A stretch of 64,000 nucleotides of DNA, from the NCBI GenBank assembly GCA_036336835.1, contig JAYZFK010000006.1:1-64000 (forward strand). Direction: 5' to 3'. The DNA is from Myxococcota bacterium. Lineage in GTDB: Bacteria; Myxococcota_A; UBA9160; UBA4427. Made by a program: the position numbers and the translations under genes. This document shows positions 1 through 9,432 of this stretch, piece after piece (within the stretch, counting starts at the first letter, position 1; the number at the start of each line of letters is the position of its first letter). The notes beneath the pieces are model-generated. The model worked only from the letters and a program-made list of their open reading frames with translations, did not search any database and had not been told where the DNA came from.

Positions 1-282
1 ACGCATGCGTCCAGTACGGCGAGTCCTGGTGCCAGCGAAAGCCCGATCCCTCGAGCGGCCGCTTCCGGTTCAGCTTGTCGGTCCCGAGCGAAACCCTGTC
101 GCGACCGAGGACGCCCCGCATCGGCGCGGGGCGGCGCGACGCGCCGCGGAGCGTCGAGCCGATGCGGGGCGTCCTCGGTAGCGACACGGTTTCGCTCTGG
201 ACCGACAAGCTGAACCTGAAGCGGCCGCTCGAGGGATCGGGCTTTCGCTGGCACCAGGACTCGCCGTACTGGACGCATGCGT
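1..282. repeat. 125-bp inverted duplication (1-125 vs 158-282), probable fold-back assembly artefact
   Basis: 1-125 is the reverse complement of 158-282 with 4 mismatches (positions 66, 85, 96, 103); 32-nt spacer. Confidence 0.9.
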
Positions 283-641
283 GCGGGCACGTCGACCGCC
301 TGCCGAACGTGATGCTGACGCTCGACGATGCGCATCGCCGCAACGGCTGCTTCCGGGTGGTTCGGGGCTCGCACAGGAAGGGGTGTCTGCCCGGGATCTA
401 CGACGACACGACGCTCGGGCCCCTGTTCACCGATCCCGAGTACATCGACGAATCGGCGCAGGTGCTGCTCGAGGTGCCGGCGGGGAGCCTGATCTTCTTC
501 GATCCACACGCCGTGCACGGCTCGCACCCCAACGAGTCCAGCGAGCCCCGGCGGGCGCTCGTACTGACCTACCAGCCGGGCGGCGAGCCGATGTTCAAGC
601 GGGCGGGGACGCGCGACTGCGGGGCGCCGCGCGCGGCCTGA
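150..641 (+). CDS. Phytanoyl-CoA dioxygenase (PhyH) family Fe(II)/2-oxoglutarate oxygenase, 5' part missing
   Basis: WHQDSPYW (HxD), NGCFRVVRGSH, HGSHPN..RRAL motifs; the listed N-terminus (75-150) comes from the inverted duplication and its spacer. Confidence 0.8.
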   Translation, partial: SVEPMRGVLGSDTVSLWTDKLNLKRPLEGSGFRWHQDSPYWTHACGHVDRLPNVMLTLDDAHRRNGCFRVVRGSHRKGCLPGIYDDTTLGPLFTDPEYIDESAQVLLEVPAGSLIFFDPHAVHGSHPNESSEPRRALVLTYQPGGEPMFKRAGTRDCGAPRAA

Positions 642-650
642 CAGCCAGCG

Positions 651-1265
651 TCACTCGATCTCGCGCAGCGAGGCGTTGCGGAACGCTGCGACCAGCTCGT
701 CGTAGCCGTTGGCCACCGGATACTGCGGAAACTCGTCGATCACGTTCTGCGGCGGCCGGAACAGGATGCCGGCGTCCGCCTCGGCGAGCATGCTGGTGTC
801 GTTGTACGAGTCGCCCGAGGCGATGATGCGGAAGTTCAGGCGGTGGAGCGCCTGGATGGCCTTGCGCTTCGGGTCGGCCTGGCGCAGGTGATAGTCGACG
901 ATCGAGCCCTTCGCGTCCATCTCGAGCTTGTGACAGAAGAGCGTTGGATTGCCCAGCTGCGCCATCAGCGGCGCCGCGAACTCGTAGAACGTGTCCGACA
1001 GGATGATCACCTGGAAGCGGGTGCGCAGCCAGTCGAGGAAGTCCCCAGCGCCCTCGAGCGGGCGCATACCGCCGATCACGTTCTGGATGTCGGGCAGTCC
1101 GAGGCCGTTCTCCTTCAGGATTTCGAGCCGTTGCTTCATCAGTACGTCGTAGTCGGGAATGTCGCGCGTGGTCGCGCGCAGGGCGTCGATGCCGGTCCGT
1201 TCGGCAAAGTTGATCCAGATCTCCGGGACCAGGACGCCTTCGAGATCGAGACACGCGAGCTCCAC
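651..1265 (-). CDS. thrH: Phosphoserine phosphatase / homoserine phosphotransferase (HAD family)
   Basis: [48 protein letters not shown] at 1265 with GAGGAG upstream. Confidence 0.93.
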   Translation of the reverse strand: MELACLDLEGVLVPEIWINFAERTGIDALRATTRDIPDYDVLMKQRLEILKENGLGLPDIQNVIGGMRPLEGAGDFLDWLRTRFQVIILSDTFYEFAAPLMAQLGNPTLFCHKLEMDAKGSIVDYHLRQADPKRKAIQALHRLNFRIIASGDSYNDTSMLAEADAGILFRPPQNVIDEFPQYPVANGYDELVAAFRNASLREIE

Positions 1266-1342
1266 GGGCTGGCTCCTCACTGCGGGGCGCGCGGATTCTA
1301 ACGCGGTAGCCTTGGTGCGCCGCAGGGGGGCGGCTTTCGCGC

Positions 1343-2128
1343 ATGACCGGCTTCGAAGCCTTCATCCTCGGGCTCGTCCAGGGCCTGACCGAGTTCCTGC
1401 CCGTGTCGAGCTCGGGCCACCTGGTCTTGTTCCAGACCCTGTTCGGCATCGCGGGCGAGGGCGGCCTCGTCTTCGAGGTGGCGGTGCACGTCGCGACGAT
1501 GGTCGCGATCCTGATCGTCTACCGCGAGCGCGTGCGGGACCTGATCGTCGGGATGGTGAGGGGCGACGGCAGTGCCTGGGCGTACGTCGGGAAGCTCGGG
1601 CTGGCGACGCTGCCGGCCGTGGGGGTGGCGTTGGCGTTCCCGGCCTGGATCGAGCGGTCGTTTGCCAGCCCGGTCGTGGCAGGCGTGTGCTTGCTGGTCA
1701 CCGCCGGCGTGGTCTGGACGATCCGCAGCACTCAGCCCCGAGCGACCGGCGGGGTGCCGGGCTGGGCGGCTGCGCTGGCCATCGGTTGTGCGCAGGCCTG
1801 TGCGATCCTGCCAGGGATCTCGCGCAGCGGAGCCACCCTCGCCGTCGCGCTGGCCCTCGGAGTGGCGCCGGCGATTGCGGCCGAGTTCTCGTTCCTGCTG
1901 GGGACGATTGCGATGGCCGGCGCAGCGGTGCTGATCCTGCCGGAGATCGCCGCGGTGCGGGTCGAGCTGTTTCCGCTCGTGATCGGTTGCGCCACGGCGC
2001 TGGTGTCCGGGGTCGGCGCAATCGTGGTGTTCCTGCGGCTGCTCGAGCACCGCAACTTTCACTTCTTCGCGTACTACCTGCTGCTTGCCGGCGCCGGCTT
2101 GCTGGCCTACGTGACGCTGCGCAGCTGA
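1343..2128 (+). CDS. uppP: Undecaprenyl-diphosphate phosphatase
   Basis: [18 protein letters not shown] and PGISRSGAT motifs; multiple hydrophobic segments. Confidence 0.95.
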   Translation: MTGFEAFILGLVQGLTEFLPVSSSGHLVLFQTLFGIAGEGGLVFEVAVHVATMVAILIVYRERVRDLIVGMVRGDGSAWAYVGKLGLATLPAVGVALAFPAWIERSFASPVVAGVCLLVTAGVVWTIRSTQPRATGGVPGWAAALAIGCAQACAILPGISRSGATLAVALALGVAPAIAAEFSFLLGTIAMAGAAVLILPEIAAVRVELFPLVIGCATALVSGVGAIVVFLRLLEHRNFHFFAYYLLLAGAGLLAYVTLRS

Positions 2129-2157
2129 AGCTCCTGCTGCCGCGGCTCAGTGACCCT

Positions 2158-3636
2158 CTAGGGCTCGAGAACCGGGTGCAGCCGCTGCGCCGGCTGGGTC
2201 TCGCGCAGCTTCTTCAACGCACGGGCCTCGAGCTGGCGTACGCGCTCGCGCGACAGGCTGAGCGACTGCCCGATCTGCTCGAGCGTGTGCTCCTCCTCGC
2301 CGCCCAGGCCGTAGCGCAGGCGCAGGATCAGCTGCTCGCGCGGCGTCAGCGAGCCGATCAGGATGCCGACACCCGAGCGCATGCGGTCGTCGTCGATGCC
2401 GCCATCCGGCGCATCGGAGCCGGGGTCGGGCACGAAGTCCTCGAGTCGCTTTTCCGTGCCGGCGACGTTGGACTCGAGCGAGATCGCCTCGCGCGACAGC
2501 CTGTCGAGTGCCTCGAGCGCATCGGTGTCCGTCCCGAGGGCCGGGGCCAGCTCTGCGGGCGTGGGCTCGCGCCCGAGCTTGCCGGTGAGCTCGGCGCGCA
2601 CGCGCTGGCTGCGCTGTAGCCGGTCGTGCACGTGCGAGGGCAAGCGGATGGTCCGCGAGTGGTTCTGGATTGCGCGCACCAGTGCCTGTCGGATCCACCA
2701 GACCGCATAGGTCGAGAACTTGAAGCCCCGTCGATGATCGAACTTCTCGACGGCGCGGATCAGGCCCAGGTTGCCTTCCTGGATCAGGTCGGGGAACGAC
2801 AGACCGAGGTTCCGATAGTCCTTGGCGATCGCGACGACGAGCTTCAAGTTGTGCTCGATGAAGCGGTTCTTCACCGTCGTCATCTGCGCGTGTGCGTCCT
2901 CGACGGCGTTCGCGAGCAGGATCATCCGCTCCTTGTGAACGCCGGCGGTCTCCTCGAGCTCGACGAGCTTCCGGGTCTTGCGTCGCGCACTCTTGACCTT
3001 CTGCGACAGATCGAGCGCGCCGTCGCGCAGCTCGACCAGCACCGCAAGCGAGAGTCGCGCGCTGTGCATCTCCTTCGACACCTTGGCGTCGACCCGCTCG
3101 AGCGACTTCGGGTAGCCTTCTTCGCTCCTGGACCAGATCTTGTCGCGCGCCTCCAGATGACCGCGCAGCTTCTTCACGGCCCGCTCGACGCGTGCGGCGA
3201 TCTCGCCCGTCTCCTCGTCGCCGACCGACTCGGACAGCTTCGCACCGGTGTGAGAGAGCGCGCGCAGCGCGTCCCATCGAGCCACGATGTGTCTTGCGGA
3301 GCTCGGAATCGCGTACAGCGCGTCGCGCAGCAGTGCCGTCGCCGCCTCGAGATCCTTGGCGAGGACGACCTCTTCTTCGCGCTTGAGCGTGCGCGTGCCG
3401 CCGATTTCCTGGAAGTAGGACTCCAGCGGGCGGCGCTCGCGTCCGGGGTCCAGCTCTTCCGACTGGACGACGGGCGTTGCGCCCTGGGGCACGGCAGTGC
3501 TCTTGGAGTCCTTCGACCGCTGGTTCTCGCTCACCTGCTCACCTCGCGGTTCCGTATCCGGATCCCGCTCTTCAGTGTCGGATACCGCCCGGGGGGGACT
3601 GGTTTCGTAGACAAGGTCGTCATCCAGCTTGCGCAT
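2158..3636 (-). CDS. RNA polymerase sigma-70 factor, RpoD/RpoS-like (regions 1.2, 2, 3, 4); start uncertain
   Basis: [77 protein letters not shown]. Confidence 0.92.
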   Translation of the reverse strand: MRKLDDDLVYETSPPRAVSDTEERDPDTEPRGEQVSENQRSKDSKSTAVPQGATPVVQSEELDPGRERRPLESYFQEIGGTRTLKREEEVVLAKDLEAATALLRDALYAIPSSARHIVARWDALRALSHTGAKLSESVGDEETGEIAARVERAVKKLRGHLEARDKIWSRSEEGYPKSLERVDAKVSKEMHSARLSLAVLVELRDGALDLSQKVKSARRKTRKLVELEETAGVHKERMILLANAVEDAHAQMTTVKNRFIEHNLKLVVAIAKDYRNLGLSFPDLIQEGNLGLIRAVEKFDHRRGFKFSTYAVWWIRQALVRAIQNHSRTIRLPSHVHDRLQRSQRVRAELTGKLGREPTPAELAPALGTDTDALEALDRLSREAISLESNVAGTEKRLEDFVPDPGSDAPDGGIDDDRMRSGVGILIGSLTPREQLILRLRYGLGGEEEHTLEQIGQSLSLSRERVRQLEARALKKLRETQPAQRLHPVLEP

Positions 3637-4103
3637 TCGACACGTTCCGTTGCCCGATCATTGCCCATCGATCGTGCGCACTCCCCCGTTCGGTCCAGGA
3701 GAGCGCAATGACCAGCAGACCATGGCGAGCCGAGCGACGACTGGGGCGCGCAACGAGGTTCCCCACAGCCGTGGGGACGTCACTCGGATCGGGCGGGGGA
3801 GCAACCGAATGGCTTGAGAGTATTGATGTTTTCGTAAGCACCTGCCAGCTCTTTTCCACCCCGAGGTCGGGAAATTTGGCCGCCTCGCTAAATGTGTGGT
3901 CCTTTAGACCCATATATGTCATCGTGGCGGGTCCGGGCGGTGCTGCCAGGTCTTCGCCCCGGAGAGACTGCGACTACACAGTGCGCAAGTCCGTTCGCAC
4001 GCCTCAACAGAGGAGTGGCTTCGAGGGCCCCCCGAGTGACGCGCGGAACGCTGGATCGGGGCGGGATCTGCGACCAGATGCGCTGGATCCGCCATCGGAC
4101 TGC

Positions 4104-5882
4104 CTAGAATGGCCAGATCCGCGGGATCAGCGCGATCGCGAGGATTGCCGCCAGCAGATCCAGCGGCAGCCCCGCCTTGATGAAATCGGAGAATCGGTAG
4201 CCCCCTGGTCCGTAGACGATCAGATGGGTCTGATACGTCACTGGCGAGGCGAAGGCGCAGCACGAGGCACAGGCCACCGCCATCACGAAGCCCCGTGGGT
4301 CGGCACCGACCTGGTGCGCGGTGGCCACCGCAATCGGGAACATGACCGCCGCGGCCGCATTGTGGTGCAGTGTCTCGGCCATCAGCAGGCCGATCAGGTA
4401 GATCACCGCCAGCGCCATCCACGGGGAGGCGTCGCTGCCGACACCGGCGATCGTCACCAGCTGCATTGCGACCCAGTCGGCTGCGCCGGTCTTGGCCATC
4501 GCGGTCGCAACCCCGAGGCCGGCGGCGATCACGACCAGGATCGACCACCGCATGCTCTGGCGCGCTTCGGAGCCGGTGACACAGCGCGTCGCGATCAGCA
4601 GGCCCGCGGCGGCGCAGGCGGCCAGCGAGATCTCGACCCCGAACAGGCTGACCGCGAGGATCATCACCGCCACGGTCGCCATTGTGAGGCCGGCGAGCTG
4701 GTAGCGCGGCTTCTCGCCGTCGCCGACGTCGCTCACCAGATAGAAGTCGGGGCTATTGCGGTGCGCGCGCATGAAGCCCGGGGCGGTCTGCATGAGCAGT
4801 GTGTCGCCCACGCGGATTTCGATCTCGCCGATCTTGCCGCCGACGCGCTCGCCGTTGCGGTGGATGCCGATCACGGCCGCGTCGTACACGGTGCGAAAGC
4901 TCGCCGCCTTGATCGTTCTTCCGACGAGCGGCGACGAGCTCGAGATCACCGCCTCCGCCAGGGTGCGCCGCGCCGATCCGACGATGCTGGCCTGCTCCTC
5001 CTCGACCGATACGAGCCCGCGAATCCGCTGGAGGTCGACGATCGTCGAGACCACGCCGGCGAACACGAGCACGTCGCCGCGGCGGATCGGCACGTCGGGG
5101 GCGACGGGCGTGATCACGCGTCCATCGCGGTCGATCTCGACCAGGAAGAGCCCCGGCAGCTCCCGCAGTCCGGCTTCCTCGACGCTGTGATCCGCCAGCG
5201 GGCAGTCCTCTTCGACGCGCATCGCCATCACGTACTCTCGCCGGTGCTCCCCGATTCGGTCGCCAGGCGCCTCGCGGTCCGGCAGCAGCCGCCAGCCCAC
5301 CCCGATCAGGTACGCCACCCCGACGACGGCGATCGGAGCCCCTAGTGGGAACAGCTCGAAGAACCCCATCTCGGGCATGCCGGCCTCGATCATCAAGCCG
5401 GCGACGGTCAGGTTCACGCTCGTGCCGATCAACGTCGTGGTGCTCCCGAGAATCGAGGCGTACGAGAGTGGTGCGAGCAGGCGGCTCGGTGCGATCCGGA
5501 CGCGCTTGCTCCAGTCGAGCACGGCGGGAGTCATCATCGCGACGATGGGCGCGTTGTTCAGGAACGCGGAGAAGAACGCCACCGGGCCGGTGATGCGGGC
5601 GAGCCCGCCCATGACCGAGGACTCGCGGCCCATCAAACGCCGGAGCAGCAGGTCGAGTGCACCGGTCGCGCGCAGTGCCTCCGACACCACGAACAGGACG
5701 GCGATCGCGATTACGGCCTTGTTGGAGAATCCGGCGAAGGCTTCGTCGGGCTCCAGGATGCCGGTGATTGCCAGGGTCACCAGCGCCGCCATCATCACGA
5801 GGTCGGGTTGCGCAATCTCCCGCACCATCGCGACGAGCGCCAGGGCTACGACCCCGAGCGTGAGGGCGATCTGCCAGTCCAT
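4104..5882 (-). CDS. SLC13/DASS-family permease with two TrkA-C (RCK_C) domains
   Basis: SAFLNN, GTSVNL, LRELPGLFLVEIDR, FRTVYDAAVIGIHRNG, YQTHLIVYGPGGYRFSDF; start at MDWQIALT. Confidence 0.9.
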   Translation of the reverse strand: MDWQIALTLGVVALALVAMVREIAQPDLVMMAALVTLAITGILEPDEAFAGFSNKAVIAIAVLFVVSEALRATGALDLLLRRLMGRESSVMGGLARITGPVAFFSAFLNNAPIVAMMTPAVLDWSKRVRIAPSRLLAPLSYASILGSTTTLIGTSVNLTVAGLMIEAGMPEMGFFELFPLGAPIAVVGVAYLIGVGWRLLPDREAPGDRIGEHRREYVMAMRVEEDCPLADHSVEEAGLRELPGLFLVEIDRDGRVITPVAPDVPIRRGDVLVFAGVVSTIVDLQRIRGLVSVEEEQASIVGSARRTLAEAVISSSSPLVGRTIKAASFRTVYDAAVIGIHRNGERVGGKIGEIEIRVGDTLLMQTAPGFMRAHRNSPDFYLVSDVGDGEKPRYQLAGLTMATVAVMILAVSLFGVEISLAACAAAGLLIATRCVTGSEARQSMRWSILVVIAAGLGVATAMAKTGAADWVAMQLVTIAGVGSDASPWMALAVIYLIGLLMAETLHHNAAAAVMFPIAVATAHQVGADPRGFVMAVACASCCAFASPVTYQTHLIVYGPGGYRFSDFIKAGLPLDLLAAILAIALIPRIWPF

Positions 5883-5972
5883 GGGCGGGTGCACGATACC
5901 GGCTCGCCCGGGGGGTGGCCAAGCGTGCGGGATCGAGCAGCCGCAGCGCAGATTCGTCACACTCGCCGCGTC

Positions 5973-7052
5973 GTGGACGTCAGCCAGAGCCAGCGCGGCA
6001 TCTTCTCCGAGAAGGAGTTCTACCTCGCCGAATTCCGCGGGCGTGCCCTGGGGCTTGCGCTCGCCCCCGACCTCGCGGCCAACGCGATCGCCTCCCTCGA
6101 GCCGGTGCTGGCAGATCTGGCGGACAACGGCACGCAGAGTGTCCTGATCGGATCGAGCGCGCTCGCGCTCCAGCCGCTGTGCGGCACGGCTGTCGTCGAT
6201 GCCTTGGATCCGGGCTGGGTCGGTTCGTTGTGGCACGCGCTGCGCTCGGCGGACCGGGTCGGCCTGTGCGCGGCGGGCGGGGACGAACTCGCGGCCTGTG
6301 CCCGCACCGCGGCCATCCGACTGCGACTGGCCAAGCTCGTCTGGCTCGATCCGCGCGGAGGGCTAGAGCGGAGCGGGGGAGGGCGGCTGTCCTACGTCGA
6401 TCGGGACGAGATCGACCAGACGGTTCGTGCAGCTCCCGAGCGCGCCGGGTTGCTGCGCGAGATCGGCTCGATGCTCGACGCCGGCTTGCCGTCCGTAGCC
6501 ATCTGCGAGCCCAAAGCGCTCGCCGACGAGCTGTTCACCTATGCGGGAGTGGGCACCTTCTTCACGCGCGAGCGCTACATCGAGGTGCGATCGCTGGGCC
6601 TGGACGAGTTCGATCGCGCGCACGACCTGATCCGCCGCGGTGTCGAGGAGGGCTTCCTGGTGCCGCGCAACGATCAGCAGCTCGAGGCGGTGCTGACCAA
6701 CGCGTTCGGTGTCTTCGTCGAGCGGCGCTACCTGGCTGGCATCGGCGCGCTGATCCCCCATCCGGCCAGCCGAGCCGGTGAGCTGGGCTCGCTCTACACC
6801 CTGACCCGCTTCGCCGGCGAGGGCGTCGGCGGCCACTTGATCGCCCACGCGTGCGAAGCCGCGAGGCGACAGGGACTCGACTACATCTACGCCTGCACCA
6901 CCCAGCCGAGGGTCGTCCGCTTCTTCGGGGACCACGGCTTCGCCGTCGTCTCCCCCGACGCCATCCCCCCGGAGAAGTGGTCGGACTACCCCGCCGCGCG
7001 CCGCCGCGCGGTCACCTGCCTGCGCCGCGAGATTGCCGGAGGTGGACTGTAA
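5973..7052 (+). CDS. Amino-acid N-acetyltransferase, ArgA-like (reduced kinase-like domain plus GNAT); start uncertain
   Basis: ELFTYAGVGT linker typical of ArgA; GNAT motif FAGEGVGGHL; FF..HGF; N-terminal YLAEFRGR. Confidence 0.7.
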   Translation: MDVSQSQRGIFSEKEFYLAEFRGRALGLALAPDLAANAIASLEPVLADLADNGTQSVLIGSSALALQPLCGTAVVDALDPGWVGSLWHALRSADRVGLCAAGGDELAACARTAAIRLRLAKLVWLDPRGGLERSGGGRLSYVDRDEIDQTVRAAPERAGLLREIGSMLDAGLPSVAICEPKALADELFTYAGVGTFFTRERYIEVRSLGLDEFDRAHDLIRRGVEEGFLVPRNDQQLEAVLTNAFGVFVERRYLAGIGALIPHPASRAGELGSLYTLTRFAGEGVGGHLIAHACEAARRQGLDYIYACTTQPRVVRFFGDHGFAVVSPDAIPPEKWSDYPAARRRAVTCLRREIAGGGL

Positions 7053-7482
7053 GCCGGGTTCTGTTCCCGCCTCGGGTTGCCCCGGGGTGGGTAAAGGCCA
7101 TTCGTCTAGGCGACGCGTTGCCGCGCCGCTCGAGCGCTCTCACCCAGATGCCCGTCCCTTCGGTTGCTCACCGTCGGGACTTCGAGCGGACCGCTCTTGC
7201 GGCATCCCTATTCGAGCTTGCTCCAGGAGGGGCTTGCCTCGCCGCCAGTCACCTGGCTGTCGCGCGTGGGCTCTTACCCCACGTTTTCACCCTTGCCTGT
7301 GCCTCCGCGGGGCAACCCTCACCGGATCTCCCCGCCTCGACGGCCATCGGCGGTGTCTTTTCTGTGGCGCTTTCCCTCGGGTCACCCCGGGTCGGCGTTA
7401 CCGACCTCCCTGTCCTGTGGAGCCCGGACTTTCCTCCTGCGGACGGTGCTTGTCCGCCGGCGACCTTCCGTCCACCTCCGGC
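7035..7482 (-). ncRNA. rnpB: RNase P RNA (bacterial type A)
   Basis: Minus strand reads GAGGAAAGTCCGGGCTCC, GGAAAGCGCCACAGAAA, GGTGAAAACG..GGTAAGAGC and ACAGAACCCGGCTTAC; P1 ends are complementary (7035-7047 with 7470-7482). Confidence 0.97.
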
Positions 7483-7527
7483 AAGCGGGCAGGGTAGCGC
7501 TCCTCTGGGCGAGCGGATTCAGAGCCA

Positions 7528-7576
7528 TTTTGATCACTCGTTAAGTATCTATTGAATAGTGATATGACTTTCGCTA
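7528..7576. promoter_or_regulatory. AT-rich divergent promoter region with imperfect inverted repeat ATCACT..AGTGAT, candidate operator
   Basis: atcactcgttaagtatctattgaatagtgat lies directly upstream of the HxlR-family regulator. Confidence 0.45.
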
Positions 7577-7586
7577 AGTGTCCCGC

Positions 7587-8318
7587 ATGGCTGAGGGGCC
7601 CGCTCCGCGACGGCTGATTCCCGAGCCCGGGACGATCTTCGATCCCGTCGCGCGGGCGCTCGATGTGATCGGCGATCGCTGGACCCTGGTGCTGGTGCGC
7701 CAGCTGCTGGCCGGCCCCGTCGGCTTCCAGGAGCTGCGGCAGCGCACGGGGATCGCGCCGCGCGTGCTGTCCGGTCGGCTGCGCCGGCTGCAGCAGGACG
7801 GCTTCGTCGAGACGGTCGCCGAGGGCGCGCGGTCGCTGTACGTGGCCAGCGACCGGGGGCGCTCACGCGAGCCGATCATTGCCGAGCTCGCGACCTGGTG
7901 GGTCGATCACGGCATCCAGGATCTGCGCATCGACGTCGGTCGCTTCACCGAGACGTCGCCGCAATCGATCTTCGAGGCGCTGCCCTTCCTGCTGCGTGAG
8001 GAGAATGCGCGTGATGCGAGCGTGGTGTTCGAAGTGCGGCTCACGGGCGAGGGCGGCGGCGTCTGGACGGTCGCAATCGAAGGCGGCCAGTGTCGTGTCG
8101 AGTCCCGCTTCGCCGAGCGCGCGGACGTTCGCTACACGGCCGACGCCCGCGTCTGGTGTGCGGTTGCGCTCGGCCTGATCGATCCCCGCCAGCCCATCAA
8201 GCTGGGAACGATGACCAAGGAGGGCGGCAAGGTTGCCCTCGACCACTATTTCCACCAACCGTCCCGATCCTCGCGACCTCGATCCGGGCGCGAAGGAGAC
8301 ACGGAGGAATCCCGATGA
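7587..8318 (+). CDS. HxlR-family winged-helix regulator with C-terminal SCP2 (sterol carrier) lipid-binding domain
   Basis: PVARALDVIGDRWTLVLVRQLL..GF.EL..GIAPRVLSGRLR; C-terminal LTGEGGGVWTV..ADVRYTAD..G.MTKEG. Confidence 0.88.
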   Translation: MAEGPAPRRLIPEPGTIFDPVARALDVIGDRWTLVLVRQLLAGPVGFQELRQRTGIAPRVLSGRLRRLQQDGFVETVAEGARSLYVASDRGRSREPIIAELATWWVDHGIQDLRIDVGRFTETSPQSIFEALPFLLREENARDASVVFEVRLTGEGGGVWTVAIEGGQCRVESRFAERADVRYTADARVWCAVALGLIDPRQPIKLGTMTKEGGKVALDHYFHQPSRSSRPRSGREGDTEESR

Positions 8319-9412
8319 TTGCCTTTGGACCGACCGAAGAGCAGGAGCTCGTGCGCGAAGCCATGCGCGAGTTCGCCGCCGACGCGCTGCGCCCGGTGGC
8401 GCGCGAGCTCGACGAGGCGAGCGATCTGCCGTCAGAGCTGCTCGACACGATCGCCCAGCTGGGGCTCGTCTCGACCTCGATCCCCGAAGCCCATGGAGGC
8501 GGCGGCGAGCCGCGCTCGCCGATCACCAATGCACTGGTGCTCGAGGAGCTCGCGCACGCGGATGCGGCGCTGGCGCTGGCCGCGATGGTGCCGGCGGGCT
8601 TCGCCAATGCGATCGCGGACTTCGGTACGCCGGAGCAGCAGCAGGCGTATCTGCCCGCACTGTGCGGCGACAGCTTCCAGGCGTGCGCGATTGCCGCCGT
8701 CGAGCCCGGCGCCTTCTGCGATCCCGAGCTGCCGCAAACCAAGGCCGAGCCAAAGGGAAACGACGCGTTCGTGATCTCGGGTGCCAAGGCCTTCGTGCCG
8801 TTGGCCGACCGCGCCAGCCACTTCCTGGTGATCGCGCGCAGCAACGGCGGTCTCGATGCCTTCGTGGTCGACCGCGAGGCCCGGGGGCTCACGATCTCGG
8901 AGCGCGAGAAGCACATGGGCCTGAAGGCGCTGCCGACCTGCGGCCTGGAGCTCGAACGGGTCGAGGTGCCGGCCTCCGCGCGGCTGGGCGGCGCCGCTGG
9001 CTGCGACGTGCGGCGCCTGCTCGACGGTGGTCGCGCAGCGCTCGCCGCTGTGATGACCGGCGTCTCGCGAGCCGTGCTCGAGTACTGCATCCCCTACACC
9101 AAGGACCGCGTCGCCTTCGACGAGGCGATCGCGCGCAAGCAGGCCATCGCCTTCATGCTGGCCGAGATGCACATCGAGACCGAGGGAATGCGTTGGCTCA
9201 CCTGGCGGGCGGCCGCCGATCTCGAGAACGGGCGCCCCGCCACACGCTCGGCCCACCACGCTCGCACGATCGCTGCGGACAAGTGCATGTGGATCGCGGA
9301 CAACGGCGTGCAGTGTCTCGGGGGGCACGGCTACATCCGCGAGCACCCGGTCGAGATCTGGTATCGCAACGCCCGCACCCTCGGCGTGCTCGAAGGCACG
9401 CTCTACCTCTAA
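8315..9412 (+). CDS. Acyl-CoA dehydrogenase, FadE24-like subunit
   Basis: ATGA overlap with upstream gene; ISGAKAFV, KDRVAF..IARKQAIAFMLA, VQCLGGHGYIREHPVE.WYR; short C-terminus. Confidence 0.9.
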   Translation: MIAFGPTEEQELVREAMREFAADALRPVARELDEASDLPSELLDTIAQLGLVSTSIPEAHGGGGEPRSPITNALVLEELAHADAALALAAMVPAGFANAIADFGTPEQQQAYLPALCGDSFQACAIAAVEPGAFCDPELPQTKAEPKGNDAFVISGAKAFVPLADRASHFLVIARSNGGLDAFVVDREARGLTISEREKHMGLKALPTCGLELERVEVPASARLGGAAGCDVRRLLDGGRAALAAVMTGVSRAVLEYCIPYTKDRVAFDEAIARKQAIAFMLAEMHIETEGMRWLTWRAAADLENGRPATRSAHHARTIAADKCMWIADNGVQCLGGHGYIREHPVEIWYRNARTLGVLEGTLYL

Positions 9413-9432
9413 CCGCGCAGCGGAGAACAGCC

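Noticed and set aside
75..150. N-terminus of the listed 188-aa ORF
   Set aside because: Encoded by the inverted duplicate and its spacer, not genuine PhyH sequence
3833..3850. Possible sigma-54 promoter (minus strand CTGGCAGGTGCTTACG)
   Set aside because: No GC at the -12 position with correct GG-N10-GC spacing
3477..5345. Long alternative-frame and antisense ORFs (also 17676-19439, 26539-28944, 32641-34773, 58514-60544, 61164-63167 and others)
   Set aside because: Arg/Ala/Pro-rich shadow ORFs typical of high-GC DNA, overlapping well-supported genes and carrying no motifs
6851..7555. ORFs across 7033-7555
   Set aside because: They overlap the RNase P RNA gene
8090..9432. Apparent long N-terminal extensions or fusions in the ORF track (also ftsA, ftsQ, murG, murF, rsmH, sppA, 55835-57451, 58454-61153)
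   Set aside because: Open-frame run-ons through upstream genes; internal starts with SD sequences or stop/start overlaps fit better
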